Source of the DNA: Candidatus Bathyarchaeota archaeon
GTDB lineage: Archaea; Thermoproteota; Bathyarchaeia; Bathyarchaeales; Bathycorpusculaceae
Length of the DNA: 64,000 bases
Assembly (NCBI GenBank): GCA_963768425.1
Contig: CAVYHV010000017.1
Coordinates: 160,001-224,000, forward strand
Direction of reading: 5' to 3'
Every line of letters begins with the position of its first letter. Positions within the stretch are counted from its first letter, which is position 1. Of the stretch, positions 11,452-21,324 are shown piece after piece. A program made the translations under genes and the position numbers. Under the pieces are notes generated by a model, which was given only the letters and a program-made list of their open reading frames with translations, ran no database searches and had not been told where the DNA came from.

Positions 11452-13137
11452 TTAGTAGGGCATTCCGCCCATACCGCCCATGCCGCCCATTCCACCCATG
11501 CCGCCGCCCATTCCGCCTGGAGGCATCGGAGGCATTTTTCCGCCGCCTTTGACGCTGATTAGGTCGTCGATTTTGAGTATCATGTTTGCGGCTTCGGTGG
11601 CTGATTTTATTACTTGCTGCTTCACGCGCAGTGGCTCGATGACGAGTAGGTCTAACATGTTTTTGATTTTGCCTGTTGTGACTTCGATGCCGAAGTATTT
11701 GCCGTCTGGCTTCTCGTGTTGCGCCCTGAGTGCCACCATGATGTCTATAGGGTCTAACCCTGCGTTCTCAGCCAACGTTAATGGGATTGCTTCGACTGCT
11801 TCAGCGTACGCTTCCACTGCAAGTTGTTCTCGTCCGCCGACCTTGACTGCGTATGCGCGTAGTCCTCTGGCAAGTTCTGCTTCTGGTGCTCCACCGCCTG
11901 CAACGATTTTGCCGTCTTCAATCGCGTTGCGGACAACGCATAAGCCGTCGTGTAGTGAACGTTCCGCTTCGTCTATGACATGGTTGGATGCGCCTCGGAT
12001 CACGATTGTTACTGCTTTCGGGTTCTTTGCGTCCCTAACGTAGATGAGTTTGTCATCACCGATTTTGACTTCTTCAACCCGTTTTGCCTTGCCCAGAACA
12101 TCAGCTTTGAGGTCTTTGGGGTTTGCAACTATTGTGGCGCCTGTTGCCTTGGAAAGTTTTTCTGCGTCGCTGCTGCTTACGCTTTTAACTGCTAAAACGC
12201 CTGCTTTGCCGAGAAAGTGCAGTACCATGTCGTCGATGCCTTTTTCGCAGAAGACAACGTTTGCACCAGATTTCGTAACTAACGTAACCATTTCTTTGAG
12301 CATGCGTTCTTCTTCGTCGAGAAAAGCCTGCATTTGATTGGGGCTTTCAATGTTGATTTTTGCGTCGAACTCTGTTTTTTCAATCTCCATCTTTGCGTCT
12401 AACAGGGCGATTTTGGCGCCTTCGATTATCTTGGGCATCCCTGAGCTTGCGACTTCCTTGTCGATAACCATTCCTCTGACAAGCTCTGTTTCGTCTAAGC
12501 TTTTGCCATGTTTCTTGACGACTTTAATGAGATCAATGTCAGCTTTGTATTTTCCGTCGATTTTTTCAGAAACCTGTTTAACAGCTTCAACGATGATTTT
12601 TGCAAAGTGTTCCTCAGCAACATTGATGCCTTTGCTAGCCAAGGATGTGATCGCTATATCCCTCAGGGTTTTGTCATCATCTATAGAAATAGGAATAGCT
12701 ATTTGGTCCAAAATTTCTTGAGCTTTCTCACTTGCCTTCTTGAAACCTTCAATAATAACGGTTGGATGCACGTTTTTGTCAAGCAAACCTTCAGCTTTTG
12801 AAAGCAACTCTCCAGCCAAAATCACCGCTGTGGTTGTTCCGTCGCCTACCTCGTTGTCTTGGGCTTTGGCAACTTCGACAAGCATTTTTGCTGCTGGATG
12901 CTGAATGTCAAGCTCCTTCATTATTGTTGCGCCATCATTAGTTATGGCAACGTCGCCCATGCTGTTAACAAGCATTTTGTCCATGCCGCACGGACCAAGC
13001 GTGCTTTTCACTGATTCAGCCACTATTTTTACAGCCATGATGTTGTTTTTCTGTGCTTCGCGGCCTGTTGATCGACCGGTTCCTTCTTTAAGGACTAAAA
13101 TTGGAACTGTTCCACCTTGAGACATAATTTTCACCAA
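11452..13137 (-). CDS. Thermosome (group II chaperonin) subunit
   Basis: [31 protein letters not shown]; C-terminal GGM repeats. Confidence 0.97.
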   Translation of the reverse strand: MVKIMSQGGTVPILVLKEGTGRSTGREAQKNNIMAVKIVAESVKSTLGPCGMDKMLVNSMGDVAITNDGATIMKELDIQHPAAKMLVEVAKAQDNEVGDGTTTAVILAGELLSKAEGLLDKNVHPTVIIEGFKKASEKAQEILDQIAIPISIDDDKTLRDIAITSLASKGINVAEEHFAKIIVEAVKQVSEKIDGKYKADIDLIKVVKKHGKSLDETELVRGMVIDKEVASSGMPKIIEGAKIALLDAKMEIEKTEFDAKINIESPNQMQAFLDEEERMLKEMVTLVTKSGANVVFCEKGIDDMVLHFLGKAGVLAVKSVSSSDAEKLSKATGATIVANPKDLKADVLGKAKRVEEVKIGDDKLIYVRDAKNPKAVTIVIRGASNHVIDEAERSLHDGLCVVRNAIEDGKIVAGGGAPEAELARGLRAYAVKVGGREQLAVEAYAEAVEAIPLTLAENAGLDPIDIMVALRAQHEKPDGKYFGIEVTTGKIKNMLDLLVIEPLRVKQQVIKSATEAANMILKIDDLISVKGGGKMPPMPPGGMGGGMGGMGGMGGMGGMPY

Positions 13138-13342
13138 GTTTTGTTGTTTTGATACAAACGGAATTCAACAATCAAATATTTAAATATAAATTTTTCTCAC
13201 TGACAACGACACAACTACCCAATTGAGAGCCACTTTTGGATCAGCTTGTTCACTTTAAAGGTTGGAGCACGTGTTTTTGGGATCGTCAAAAAAATTAGAT
13301 GCTTGTTCGGGACGCAATTAAGGGCAGTTTTTGTTTCTTAAT

Positions 13343-13546
13343 TTATTTTGGATTACTTGTTTTTTTTCCCTTTTTGATAGTACCCTTAAAAGTTTGTACT
13401 GTTTCTTCGCAAATACCCGGTTTCCATTTGCATATACCGCCAATTATCTCTTTAAGATAGTATTCGAGTTCTTCATTTGTCAAGTCGTTAGAGCGGTCAA
13501 CGCTGTAGACAATTTCATCTTTTTTCCGGCTTACAGTTACCGACAA
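13343..13546 (-). CDS. Small hypothetical protein, start uncertain
   Basis: 3' half of ORF 13343-13702 looks protein-like; TTG at 13546 follows a GGTGA SD-like motif. Confidence 0.35.
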   Translation of the reverse strand: MSVTVSRKKDEIVYSVDRSNDLTNEELEYYLKEIIGGICKWKPGICEETVQTFKGTIKKGKKTSNPK

Positions 13547-13771
13547 TAAAACATTGTCACCCAGCGAGAAGATTCTTGACGAAGAGGAACAACTGAAACG
13601 CTTGCTTGCGTGCGAGTTGGGGCGCTTACATAGAAAACTATTCGAGTAACCTTGAGATAAAGACAGAAAGATAAGAGACATTTCGCCGTGATGCAAATGC
13701 ATTATTGGCGTTGAGATTCAGCGAACTGAAAAAAGCTGCTCAGACTGATCTTTAGAGTAAACAATGTGTGT

Positions 13772-13975
13772 TTATAGCGATGGTGTTCCAGAGTGCCTTT
13801 CTGAATGCAGTTGTCCACCTGTTGCCCAATTGCTCTTTGGCGCTTCGTAAATAACGATCTCGACAGCTTGCTTAGGAACTCCCATGTCGACAAAAACCTT
13901 AGTTATCCCTTCAACCGTCTTTTTCTTATTCTCAGAAGACATACCTTCCCAAACAGAAACCTGAACTATCGGCAT
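13772..13975 (-). CDS. 4-oxalocrotonate tautomerase family protein
   Basis: Pro-1 after Met (MPIVQV), 67 aa, NWATGG motif. Confidence 0.9.
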   Translation of the reverse strand: MPIVQVSVWEGMSSENKKKTVEGITKVFVDMGVPKQAVEIVIYEAPKSNWATGGQLHSERHSGTPSL

Positions 13976-14070
13976 TTCAACCCTACCTCTAACAACACTT
14001 TGCAGTTTTCGCCTAATTAATCTGTTCTTCCCTATCCGGAAAGCTCTCGCCTTAATTCAAAAATGAAGCG

Positions 14071-15132
14071 TTAGTTTGCTTTGACGATGTGATAGCCTGA
14101 TGCTTTGCGAAGCCTGTTCATGACAGCTAACCCAAGCCCTTCAGAAGAAACCCCTTCGGCAATTATGACTCCGACGTTTTCTGCGTCTATCTCACGTAGC
14201 ATGCGAAAAAGATTCTGGGCAACAAGCACCAAGTTAAAGCGGCTTCCCAACGATTTGACTACGTCGGTTTTATAGCTGGCTTGGGTTTCATCCGTGGCTA
14301 AGACTCCAACCTTCACACCTTTTTTCATATAAAATTCCGTCAGCTCTTTAACCTTGGCGACTACCGCTGAAATATTTCCTTCGACAAGAATCACTTCAGC
14401 TTTAGGAGCGTAATGCTTATGTCTCATCCCGGGTGAACGGGTCTTTTCCAGGGGCAACTCAGCTTCAGCCAACACGAAAGGATGAAGCCTCATGTCATCC
14501 AAAACCTGCTTTAACGCTTCAAAAGGTGTACCGCCTGGGCGAAGAACCATAGGTGGATCCACGCTGAGGTCCACAACTGTGGATTCAACCCCGATGTTTG
14601 TTGCGCCGCCGTCCAAGATAACGTCGATACGCCCGTTTAAGTCCTCAAACACATGTTGGGCGGTGGTTGGGCTTGGCTTTCCGGCGAGGTTCGCGCTTGG
14701 AGCAGCAATCGGGCAGCCGCTTCGCCTGATTAACGCCAAAGCCACCTTATGCTTGGGCATTCGAATCGCAACCGTGTCTAACCCAGCAACCGTTACGGAT
14801 GGCACAAGCTTTGAATGTTTAAAAACCAGAGTCAACGGACCTGGCCAAAATTTTTTCATCAGCAATTCGGCCTTTTTCGGAACCTCCTCAACCAGCCTGC
14901 AAACTTCGCTTAAATCTGCAACGTGGACAATTGGCGGGTTATCCAAAGGACGTTTTTTAGCTTCAAAAAGTGCCAAAACAGCTTCAGCGTTAAGCGCGTC
15001 TGCGCCTAATCCGTAAACCGTCTCGGTTGGAAAAGCCACTAACCCGCCCATGAGGATAAATTGCGCAGCAACCTCTATTTTGGAAGCATCTGGGTTTTCC
15101 GAGTCAACTTTGAGCATAAGAGTTTGTTTCAT
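14071..15132 (-). CDS. sua5: L-threonylcarbamoyladenylate synthase Sua5
   Basis: AFPTETVYGLGA, KKRP.DNP, AAPSAN.GKPSPT, SPGM.HKHYAP, SUA5 C-terminal domain. Confidence 0.96.
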   Translation of the reverse strand: MKQTLMLKVDSENPDASKIEVAAQFILMGGLVAFPTETVYGLGADALNAEAVLALFEAKKRPLDNPPIVHVADLSEVCRLVEEVPKKAELLMKKFWPGPLTLVFKHSKLVPSVTVAGLDTVAIRMPKHKVALALIRRSGCPIAAPSANLAGKPSPTTAQHVFEDLNGRIDVILDGGATNIGVESTVVDLSVDPPMVLRPGGTPFEALKQVLDDMRLHPFVLAEAELPLEKTRSPGMRHKHYAPKAEVILVEGNISAVVAKVKELTEFYMKKGVKVGVLATDETQASYKTDVVKSLGSRFNLVLVAQNLFRMLREIDAENVGVIIAEGVSSEGLGLAVMNRLRKASGYHIVKAN

Positions 15133-15623
15133 CAGGGTTGCCTTTTTAGTTTGAGTACTACTGAGGTTTCAACCTGCCGCTCCGAAATCGTCCAATACCG
15201 CCTCAGGAGCCTGTTCTTTTCTGCCTCTGGCACAAGTTGGAACCCGTTTTTCTCATAGAACTTAACTGCCCAGCCCGCAGCTTCCCATGTGCCAACATAA
15301 ACCTGACGAGTCACAGTTATACCCAGCAAATGCTCCAGCAGTTTCTGCCCCAGGCCCATGCGTTGTTGATTTGCTAAGACGTATGCGTGCCTGATTAGGG
15401 TGACATCTTGCACGCATTGGATTCCCATAACAGCTATAAGGACGCCGTTTTCTTTGCAACCGAAAAATTGCACGCCACCTTCGATTTCTTTTTTGAGTTC
15501 TTCAAGAGGCATGTAGGGTTCTTTCCACATGTCGCTTGGGATTTTCCCTTTGTAGGCGTTTGAGGCGCTATTGACAACATTTAAGATCGATGGAGCATCA
15601 GCGGATGTCAACTTGTAAATCAT
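15132..15623 (-). CDS. GNAT family N-acetyltransferase
   Basis: YV...QRMGLGQKLL acetyl-CoA motif A; AVKFYEKNGF. Confidence 0.88.
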   Translation of the reverse strand: MIYKLTSADAPSILNVVNSASNAYKGKIPSDMWKEPYMPLEELKKEIEGGVQFFGCKENGVLIAVMGIQCVQDVTLIRHAYVLANQQRMGLGQKLLEHLLGITVTRQVYVGTWEAAGWAVKFYEKNGFQLVPEAEKNRLLRRYWTISERQVETSVVLKLKRQP

Positions 15624-15665
15624 TAGGTTTCCCTTTTCACTTCAAGCATCATGTTCAGCATTTTC

Positions 15666-16058
15666 TTAGGTAGCGGTCGGCTCCTTTTGGCTGTCGCCTT
15701 TAAAGAGCTTGTCAATAAGTTTGTTAAAGAATCCTTGTGCCTCAATTTCACCTACTTTCTCCAAGTAAATGGAGACTAAGGCGATTTTTCCCTTTTTAGA
15801 GGCAACGTATTCTGCGAACATGCGGGCGGAAATCATGTTTTTGTCGCCGAGAAGCACCGAGGACGTTACGGCGCCAACGCCTTCTTTGGGTTTAGGAACC
15901 GCTATCGCCAGTGTTCCCAGTTTGTCTTCTCTTTCGCTTAACATTACCATGCAGGAGTTCTTTGATTCAACGTAGACTGCTAGGAAACGAGTATCTTGCT
16001 GTTGGATTTCCTCCTTTGTAACTTTGGCGCGTTCCATTTCTTTTCGCTTCCTATCCAT
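15666..16058 (-). CDS. Proteasome assembly chaperone 4 (PAC4/PSMG4)-like protein
   Basis: LGTLAIAVP...TSSVLLGD...ARMFAEYVASKKGKIALVSIYL parallels the recalled PAC4 pattern LxxLAVAM...STSLLGD...LAQRLARKTNKQVFVSYNL. Confidence 0.6.
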   Translation of the reverse strand: MDRKRKEMERAKVTKEEIQQQDTRFLAVYVESKNSCMVMLSEREDKLGTLAIAVPKPKEGVGAVTSSVLLGDKNMISARMFAEYVASKKGKIALVSIYLEKVGEIEAQGFFNKLIDKLFKGDSQKEPTAT

Positions 16059-16204
16059 TGTTGAATAACTTGGCTCCTTTAAAAACTTCGCAAGAGTTTT
16101 TGCAGGGTTTTCTTGGATAAGGAAAACTGTTCCTTGCCTGTCCGTTGGCCAAAAATGGGTTTTTACAGCAAGGCATTAAGGATGGAACAAGTTAACAGTC
16201 TCCT

Positions 16205-17530
16205 GTGGGTTCAGCCATGAGCGGCCTAAAACGCGTCAGGAAATACTTGCTTCCTGCCTTCCTCATCGTAATATTGGCAGCTTCGGTGGGGATATACACA
16301 TCTTACTCGATTGGAAACCAGCCTAAGGCTAATCCAAACGCCGTTTACGTTGGGGTAGCTTTCGGCGGAAACACCACGCAGGAAGCCAAACTCCTCATTG
16401 ACAAAGTAAAAGGCTACACAAACCTCTTCATATTGGACGCGGGAAGAAACGCCCTAACCCAAAACGAAACAGCGGTGAATGAAATCTGCAATTACGCAGT
16501 CGCCAACGGTTTAAGCGTCATCGTAAACGTCGGCGTCCAAGTGCCCTATGACGCCAGCCGCTACTGGTTCTGGAATAATTCGTTAAGCGTTACTGAACAA
16601 TGGAAAGCGCAGTGGGGCAGCAAATTCTTGGGCATGTATTACAGTGACGAGCCAGGCGGGATTCAGCTTGACGGCAATTGGACTGCTTATTTTACGCTTT
16701 TCCAAAAGTATTTTTTGAACACAAACTTTTCAAAAGCAGCCAACCTTAATCAAGATTTTTTAAATTCAACCAGGGATCTTGACCAAATTTATCTAAAGAT
16801 GTTGGGGTACATGAACAACGGCACGAGCCCTCCAAACTATAATTTAGAAGCCAACTTTTTCGTCAAAGACATCCTTCAAGGAAACAGCGGACTTGAGAAC
16901 TTGAAAGCGGCTGATATCACAACGTTCACTTCTGATTATGCTCTTTACTGGTATGATTACTTAGGCGGATACAACGTTATGTTCGCTGAACTTGGTTGGA
17001 ACTGCAGTGTAGCTGAGCAAATCGCCCTTGTAAAGGGAGCCGCAAGATTGCAGGATAAAGAGTGGGGAGCTATGATCACTTGGACTTACGACAATGAACC
17101 CTACTACCTTGACAGCGGATCCGAAATTTACAACCAAATGCTAGCTGCATACGAAGCAGGCGCAAAATACATCGCGGTTTTCAACTACCCCTACAATAAC
17201 GGAAGCCTTTACGGCGCATTGACAAATGACCAATTAATAGCCATGCAAAGCTTCTGGGATGACATTCACCAGAAACAGTTTCCTGATTTAAGCGGTCCAG
17301 ACGCCGTGTTGGTTTTGCCTGAAAACTACGGATGGGGCATGCGGAACCCGAATGATACAATTTGGGGTTTCTGGCTTACAGACGACAAAACCATGCAGAT
17401 AGCCATAACCACAAGCGCCCTACTATCACAGTACAGGGTAAGCTTGGACATAGTTTATGCTGACCCGCAATATCCAGTGGGAAACATTGGTTACCAGCAC
17501 ATCTATTATTGGAACCAAACTGGGATTTAG
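16205..17530 (+). CDS. Secreted or membrane-anchored hypothetical protein, possibly a glycoside-hydrolase-like TIM barrel
   Basis: N-terminal basic plus hydrophobic signal; many N-x-S/T sequons; GMYYSDEPGG motif. Confidence 0.6.
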   Translation: MGSAMSGLKRVRKYLLPAFLIVILAASVGIYTSYSIGNQPKANPNAVYVGVAFGGNTTQEAKLLIDKVKGYTNLFILDAGRNALTQNETAVNEICNYAVANGLSVIVNVGVQVPYDASRYWFWNNSLSVTEQWKAQWGSKFLGMYYSDEPGGIQLDGNWTAYFTLFQKYFLNTNFSKAANLNQDFLNSTRDLDQIYLKMLGYMNNGTSPPNYNLEANFFVKDILQGNSGLENLKAADITTFTSDYALYWYDYLGGYNVMFAELGWNCSVAEQIALVKGAARLQDKEWGAMITWTYDNEPYYLDSGSEIYNQMLAAYEAGAKYIAVFNYPYNNGSLYGALTNDQLIAMQSFWDDIHQKQFPDLSGPDAVLVLPENYGWGMRNPNDTIWGFWLTDDKTMQIAITTSALLSQYRVSLDIVYADPQYPVGNIGYQHIYYWNQTGI

Positions 17531-17609
17531 CGAGCTTGCGAGAAGGCTGCACCAGTTGGAAATACTTAATTAAGGGCTTCTCTTATTGCTGGGTACGGAA
17601 GGATAAAAT

Positions 17610-17984
17610 TTGAGTGATGAACTTTCAAGATTACCGCCTAACGTCCAAGAAAGACTTCTTAGACTTCAGCAACTCCAGCAAACGTTACAGTCGATTCTCG
17701 CGCAGAAACAGCAGGTTGAAATGGAAAAATCAGAGGTAGAACAGACAATAGCTGAACTGCAGAAAACAGTTGAAACTGCAGTCATTTACAAGGCAGTCGG
17801 CTCACTGCTGGTGAAAGCTGAGAAACCAAAAGTGACAGAGGAACTTGTCGAACGCAAAGAACTTCTGGAGACAAGAAGCACCGTTCTGGCAAGACAAGAA
17901 GAGCGGATGCGCAGCCAGATAAAAGAGTCGCAAACAAAACTTCAAGAAGACCTAAACCCAGTTAATCAGCCACCTACATCTTAG
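17610..17984 (+). CDS. pfdB: Prefoldin subunit beta
   Basis: LPPNVQ..L..LQQLQQ.LQ coiled coil with IYKAVGSLLVK hairpin. Confidence 0.95.
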   Translation: MSDELSRLPPNVQERLLRLQQLQQTLQSILAQKQQVEMEKSEVEQTIAELQKTVETAVIYKAVGSLLVKAEKPKVTEELVERKELLETRSTVLARQEERMRSQIKESQTKLQEDLNPVNQPPTS

Positions 17985-17995
17985 GTGAATGCGCG

Positions 17996-18283
17996 TTGGA
18001 TGAGCTGGGGATACCAGAATTATCCATCGAGCAAAAAGAAGCCTTATGCCAAAAGGCGGAGGATGCAGCTAGAAAATGTCTCCTCGCCAAAGTTTCTTCT
18101 AAAATGGTTGACAAACTAGACATCAGTGTTGAAGCCGAAGGCACAAGGCCCCTCAAAGTCTCTGTAGAAGTAAACCTCCTGCTAACGCCGGAAGCTAAAG
18201 ACGTAGACGCTCAAGCTCTGGTTAAGGAGTCAACAAACGCCGCACATAGAGCGGTTGAAAACTTTTTGAGAAAATCTAAATGA
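17996..18283 (+). CDS. DUF3194-like small archaeal protein
   Basis: LSIEQ.E.LC..AE.AAR...LDISVE pattern; usual position downstream of pfdB. Confidence 0.65.
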   Translation: MDELGIPELSIEQKEALCQKAEDAARKCLLAKVSSKMVDKLDISVEAEGTRPLKVSVEVNLLLTPEAKDVDAQALVKESTNAAHRAVENFLRKSK

Positions 18284-19326
18284 ACGAATTTCAAAGTTTT
18301 CTGCAAATACTCAAGGAAAGCAAGGCATCTTTTGTTCTTTTGCTATGTCACCGTAGCGCTGATGCTGATGCCATCTGTTCAGCGTATGCTTTGCAAGGTT
18401 TGCTGAAGCGGTTCATGCCTGATGTTGTGTTTGAAGTCGGGTGTCCTCAAGGCGTCAACAAACCCTCCAAAGTGCTTCTTGAACGAATGCCAATAACAGT
18501 CAACTTGAATCCGAACATTGAATCGGCGGATGTGATTGTTTTTCTGGATTTAAACACAATAGACCAACTTGACCAAGTGGCTGAAACCATAAGAAGGTCG
18601 CCAGCACCTAAAATCATCGTTGACCACCATTACCCAAGCCTTCAAACCACTGAAATCTGCAAGCTCTGCATATTAGACCAGAAGGCAGCCGCTAACTGCG
18701 AAATAGTCTACAATCTGTATAGACAGGCGAAAGTCAAACCAAACTTCAACGAGGCAAAGGCATTATTTGTAGGAATAACTTTTGACACTAGGCATTTCGC
18801 ACTGGCAAGCGCGGCAACTCTTGCAATCGCGGCTAAACTTGTAACAGTTGGCATAGATGTTCAGGCGACGCTGCAAGAGTTTGCTTTACCTATTGACACT
18901 TCGGAACGCTTGGCAAAGCTGAAGGCGTGCAAAAGAGCCAAAATCGTCAGAGTAAACAACTGGATAATCGCGGTCTCGCATGTAAGTGCCTATCAAGCTG
19001 CAGCAGCAAAATCGCTAGTTGATTTAGGCGCACACGCCTCGGCCGTCGCAGGGCTCAAAAACGGAAAAATCGAGGTAAGCTTGCGTTGCACCCGCCAGTT
19101 CACCGAGGAGACTGGCGTCAACTTAGGAAAGGACATAGCGGCGCCTCTTGGCGAATTTCTGCAAGGAGTTGGTGGAGGACACGCCATGGCGGCAGGAGTA
19201 AGCGGCGCAGGCGAAATAGAACCTACTCTAAAACAGTGCCTCACGCTTATGAAACAGATCTTGCGAGCTTCTCATCGCCCTGCTTCAGCAGTCCTCTCGC
19301 AATATTCATCTTCAGAAAAAATCTGA
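18280..19326 (+). CDS. DHH/DHHA1 phosphoesterase
   Basis: H..ADADA, VDHH, FDT..F, SLR, GGGH.MAAG. Confidence 0.9.
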   Translation: MNEFQSFLQILKESKASFVLLLCHRSADADAICSAYALQGLLKRFMPDVVFEVGCPQGVNKPSKVLLERMPITVNLNPNIESADVIVFLDLNTIDQLDQVAETIRRSPAPKIIVDHHYPSLQTTEICKLCILDQKAAANCEIVYNLYRQAKVKPNFNEAKALFVGITFDTRHFALASAATLAIAAKLVTVGIDVQATLQEFALPIDTSERLAKLKACKRAKIVRVNNWIIAVSHVSAYQAAAAKSLVDLGAHASAVAGLKNGKIEVSLRCTRQFTEETGVNLGKDIAAPLGEFLQGVGGGHAMAAGVSGAGEIEPTLKQCLTLMKQILRASHRPASAVLSQYSSSEKI

Positions 19327-19433
19327 GGAACGGATTCAGCTAGCGAATTTTCATTTTTGTTGTTTGGCATGGACTTTTCAACAAAGGTGGAAGATTGCCA
19401 AAGTTGGGTAGCTACGCTTAAATGAGCAAAGTC

Positions 19434-19441
19434 TCACGCTT
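19434..19441 (+). repeat. 8-bp target site duplication, left copy (right copy 24948-24955)
   Basis: Exact TCACGCTT abutting both TIRs. Confidence 0.88.
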
Positions 19442-19468
19442 GGTTCTGTGAAATAAACGTTACCAACC
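19442..19468 (+). repeat. Left terminal inverted repeat
   Basis: GGTTCTGTGAAATAAACGTTACCAACC versus the reverse complement of the right end, GGTTCTGTGTATTTAACGTCACCTACC. Confidence 0.88.
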
Positions 19469-19495
19469 ATACCCTTTTTTCGGGTTTTCCTTCAT

Positions 19496-20419
19496 GTGAA
19501 ATTTCGTCACCTTTTAGATTTTTGGCAAAATCTAAATACTCATTTATTACAACTAAAAATGCGGATGTCTTTGAAAAGGTATCAATTAAGCACGATGCTT
19601 CTCGTAGTAATATTAGTCGCTATTCTTTGGGTAGGGCTTTATCTGAAGTGGTACCAAATGAGTGACATTTTATCTTACATTCCTTATTTCATACTGACTG
19701 CTATTTCGGGGGTTATAATCTGGGGTCTGGGTAAAAACATTGAGAGCGCTTTAGGAAAGCAAACGCAAACAGAAAAAGATGAGAAGATTGCACCTTACAT
19801 TTTCAATCCAAATTTTAAGAATATCGAAGTTCACTTTTTAAAAAGCGAAAAGATGCCTGAAAGCCCTGAATACTCTCAGAGAAGGTACATTGGAAATAGC
19901 AAAACGCGACAAGCATATCACATGGATGAGTTACCAAGCTGGTTTAAACAAGAAATTATTGACCATAAGATAATTTGGTATTCTTATTCAAGTGAAAAAG
20001 TACTCAAAAGTTACATGATAGAAAACTTTAGTCCAATAGGTAATGTTGCTTCTCCTAAAGGGCTTGGTTTAGAAAATGTAAACGGTGAATGGAAAATTGA
20101 CAAACAAGATTCTGAATTATTGAAAAAACTTCACGGACAGAAACTCGAATATTTACAAATAGCAAACTTGGAACGGCTATCATTTTTTGGAAAGAAAAAA
20201 AGAGTTCTATTGGTCGATTTTGATGAAAAGAAAATCTGGCAGGCACCAGAATGCTTCCATGAATTAGTTGATTACGAGATAGTTTCTGGAGAAACTTATA
20301 GAATGGGTATATTTGATAACTGTAAAAGATGGTCTAAGAAGGAGTTTGGGTTCGAGTTTTTCAAAAAGCGTTATCCTGAAAGCAAACTAATTGTTAAGAA
20401 AATTACGGGCAACTCATAG
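19496..20419 (+). CDS. Hypothetical cargo protein with two N-terminal TM helices; start probably near 19559-19565
   Basis: Long AT-rich ORF; two hydrophobic segments then a Lys/Glu-rich soluble region. Confidence 0.65.
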   Translation: MKFRHLLDFWQNLNTHLLQLKMRMSLKRYQLSTMLLVVILVAILWVGLYLKWYQMSDILSYIPYFILTAISGVIIWGLGKNIESALGKQTQTEKDEKIAPYIFNPNFKNIEVHFLKSEKMPESPEYSQRRYIGNSKTRQAYHMDELPSWFKQEIIDHKIIWYSYSSEKVLKSYMIENFSPIGNVASPKGLGLENVNGEWKIDKQDSELLKKLHGQKLEYLQIANLERLSFFGKKKRVLLVDFDEKKIWQAPECFHELVDYEIVSGETYRMGIFDNCKRWSKKEFGFEFFKKRYPESKLIVKKITGNS

Positions 20420-20607
20420 CTTTTGTCATGCTTTGGTTGGTTCTGTTAACTTCATAGGTGATAAATCTACCTGTTACGAATCGCGTGATAATTTTGTTGC
20501 TTTGGAAATGGGTGTTAACTTTCGGGTGATGTATATTCGGAAGGGGATTTAAAAACTGGGGAAACTAAAAGTTCTGTAACGCAAGAAAACGGAAGGAGGT
20601 TGTAAAT

Positions 20608-20993
20608 TTACCCTTTAGGAGGCACAGCGTCGTAAGTATAATCAATGTCTAAACTTTTGAGAAGAGCCCAGTCCACAAGTTCCATTTTCTTAGGCGGTAT
20701 TTTTCCAGCTTGGTTTATCAAGCGACCTTTAGCTACAGTCTGAATTTGGTTGCAGAGTACCTAGACCATCATCTTTCAACCCTGTTTCGGAAGCTGTTAT
20801 AAAAACATTAACTTCGTGATCTTTATGTTTAGTACTGCTGGTTATGGCCGCCATAATTACGACTGTACTATGCTGGTTAGCAATATCATTTTGAATTACA
20901 ACCCATGGTCTAAGTTTTTTGGATTTCTCCACCTATAGGAGTCCCCTCTGCTACAAAAAAGATGTCTCCTCTACTGACTGGAATCAATGTCAA
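20608..20993 (-). CDS. mazF: MazF/PemK family endoribonuclease toxin with two apparent frameshifts
   Basis: Manual join: IPVSRGDIFFV...GGEIQKTRPWVVIQNDIANQHSTVVIMAAITS...GLKDDG.VLCNQIQTVAKGRL...MELVDWALLKSLDI. Confidence 0.85.
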
Positions 20994-21324
20994 TGTCGGA
21001 GTTCATCCCCTCACACTCTTTGGCTAAAGCCAAATCATCATCAGCTGATGCTTCATAACACTTAGCCATAAATTTGACCTCCTCTTCAGAGGCTCTTTTC
21101 TTTGTGAGGGGAACTGTTAAAGCAATTGGCATTGATTTGATTTCAGAATGGACTAACCAACTGTCTGACTTACCTAAAATACATTCTCTCGCAACAGTGT
21201 AAGCATTAGCGATGTTTTCAAAAGTAATCATCCTTTGAGATTTAAGCGTTTTCAATATTGTGAGCATATCAAACCGCATGACATCGCCTTTGTAATCGCA
21301 GAATTTATGCTCCTCAGTCATCAA
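20971..21324 (-). CDS. Putative antitoxin with a MazE/EndoAI-like C-terminal helix
   Basis: Overlaps the mazF start; acidic C-terminus FMAKCYEASADDDLALAKECE resembles the MxxGYxEM...NL...E toxin-binding helix. Confidence 0.6.
   Translation of the reverse strand: MMTEEHKFCDYKGDVMRFDMLTILKTLKSQRMITFENIANAYTVARECILGKSDSWLVHSEIKSMPIALTVPLTKKRASEEEVKFMAKCYEASADDDLALAKECEGMNSDIDIDSSQ

Noticed and set aside
11452-11530. Tandem CCGCCCAT-like repeats
   Set aside because: They encode the ordinary GGM tail of the thermosome subunit.
11480-13120. Chain of long plus-strand ORFs, and similar antisense ORFs over moeA, sua5, GTs and radical SAM genes
   Set aside because: Shadow ORFs opposite well-supported genes, with no motifs of their own.
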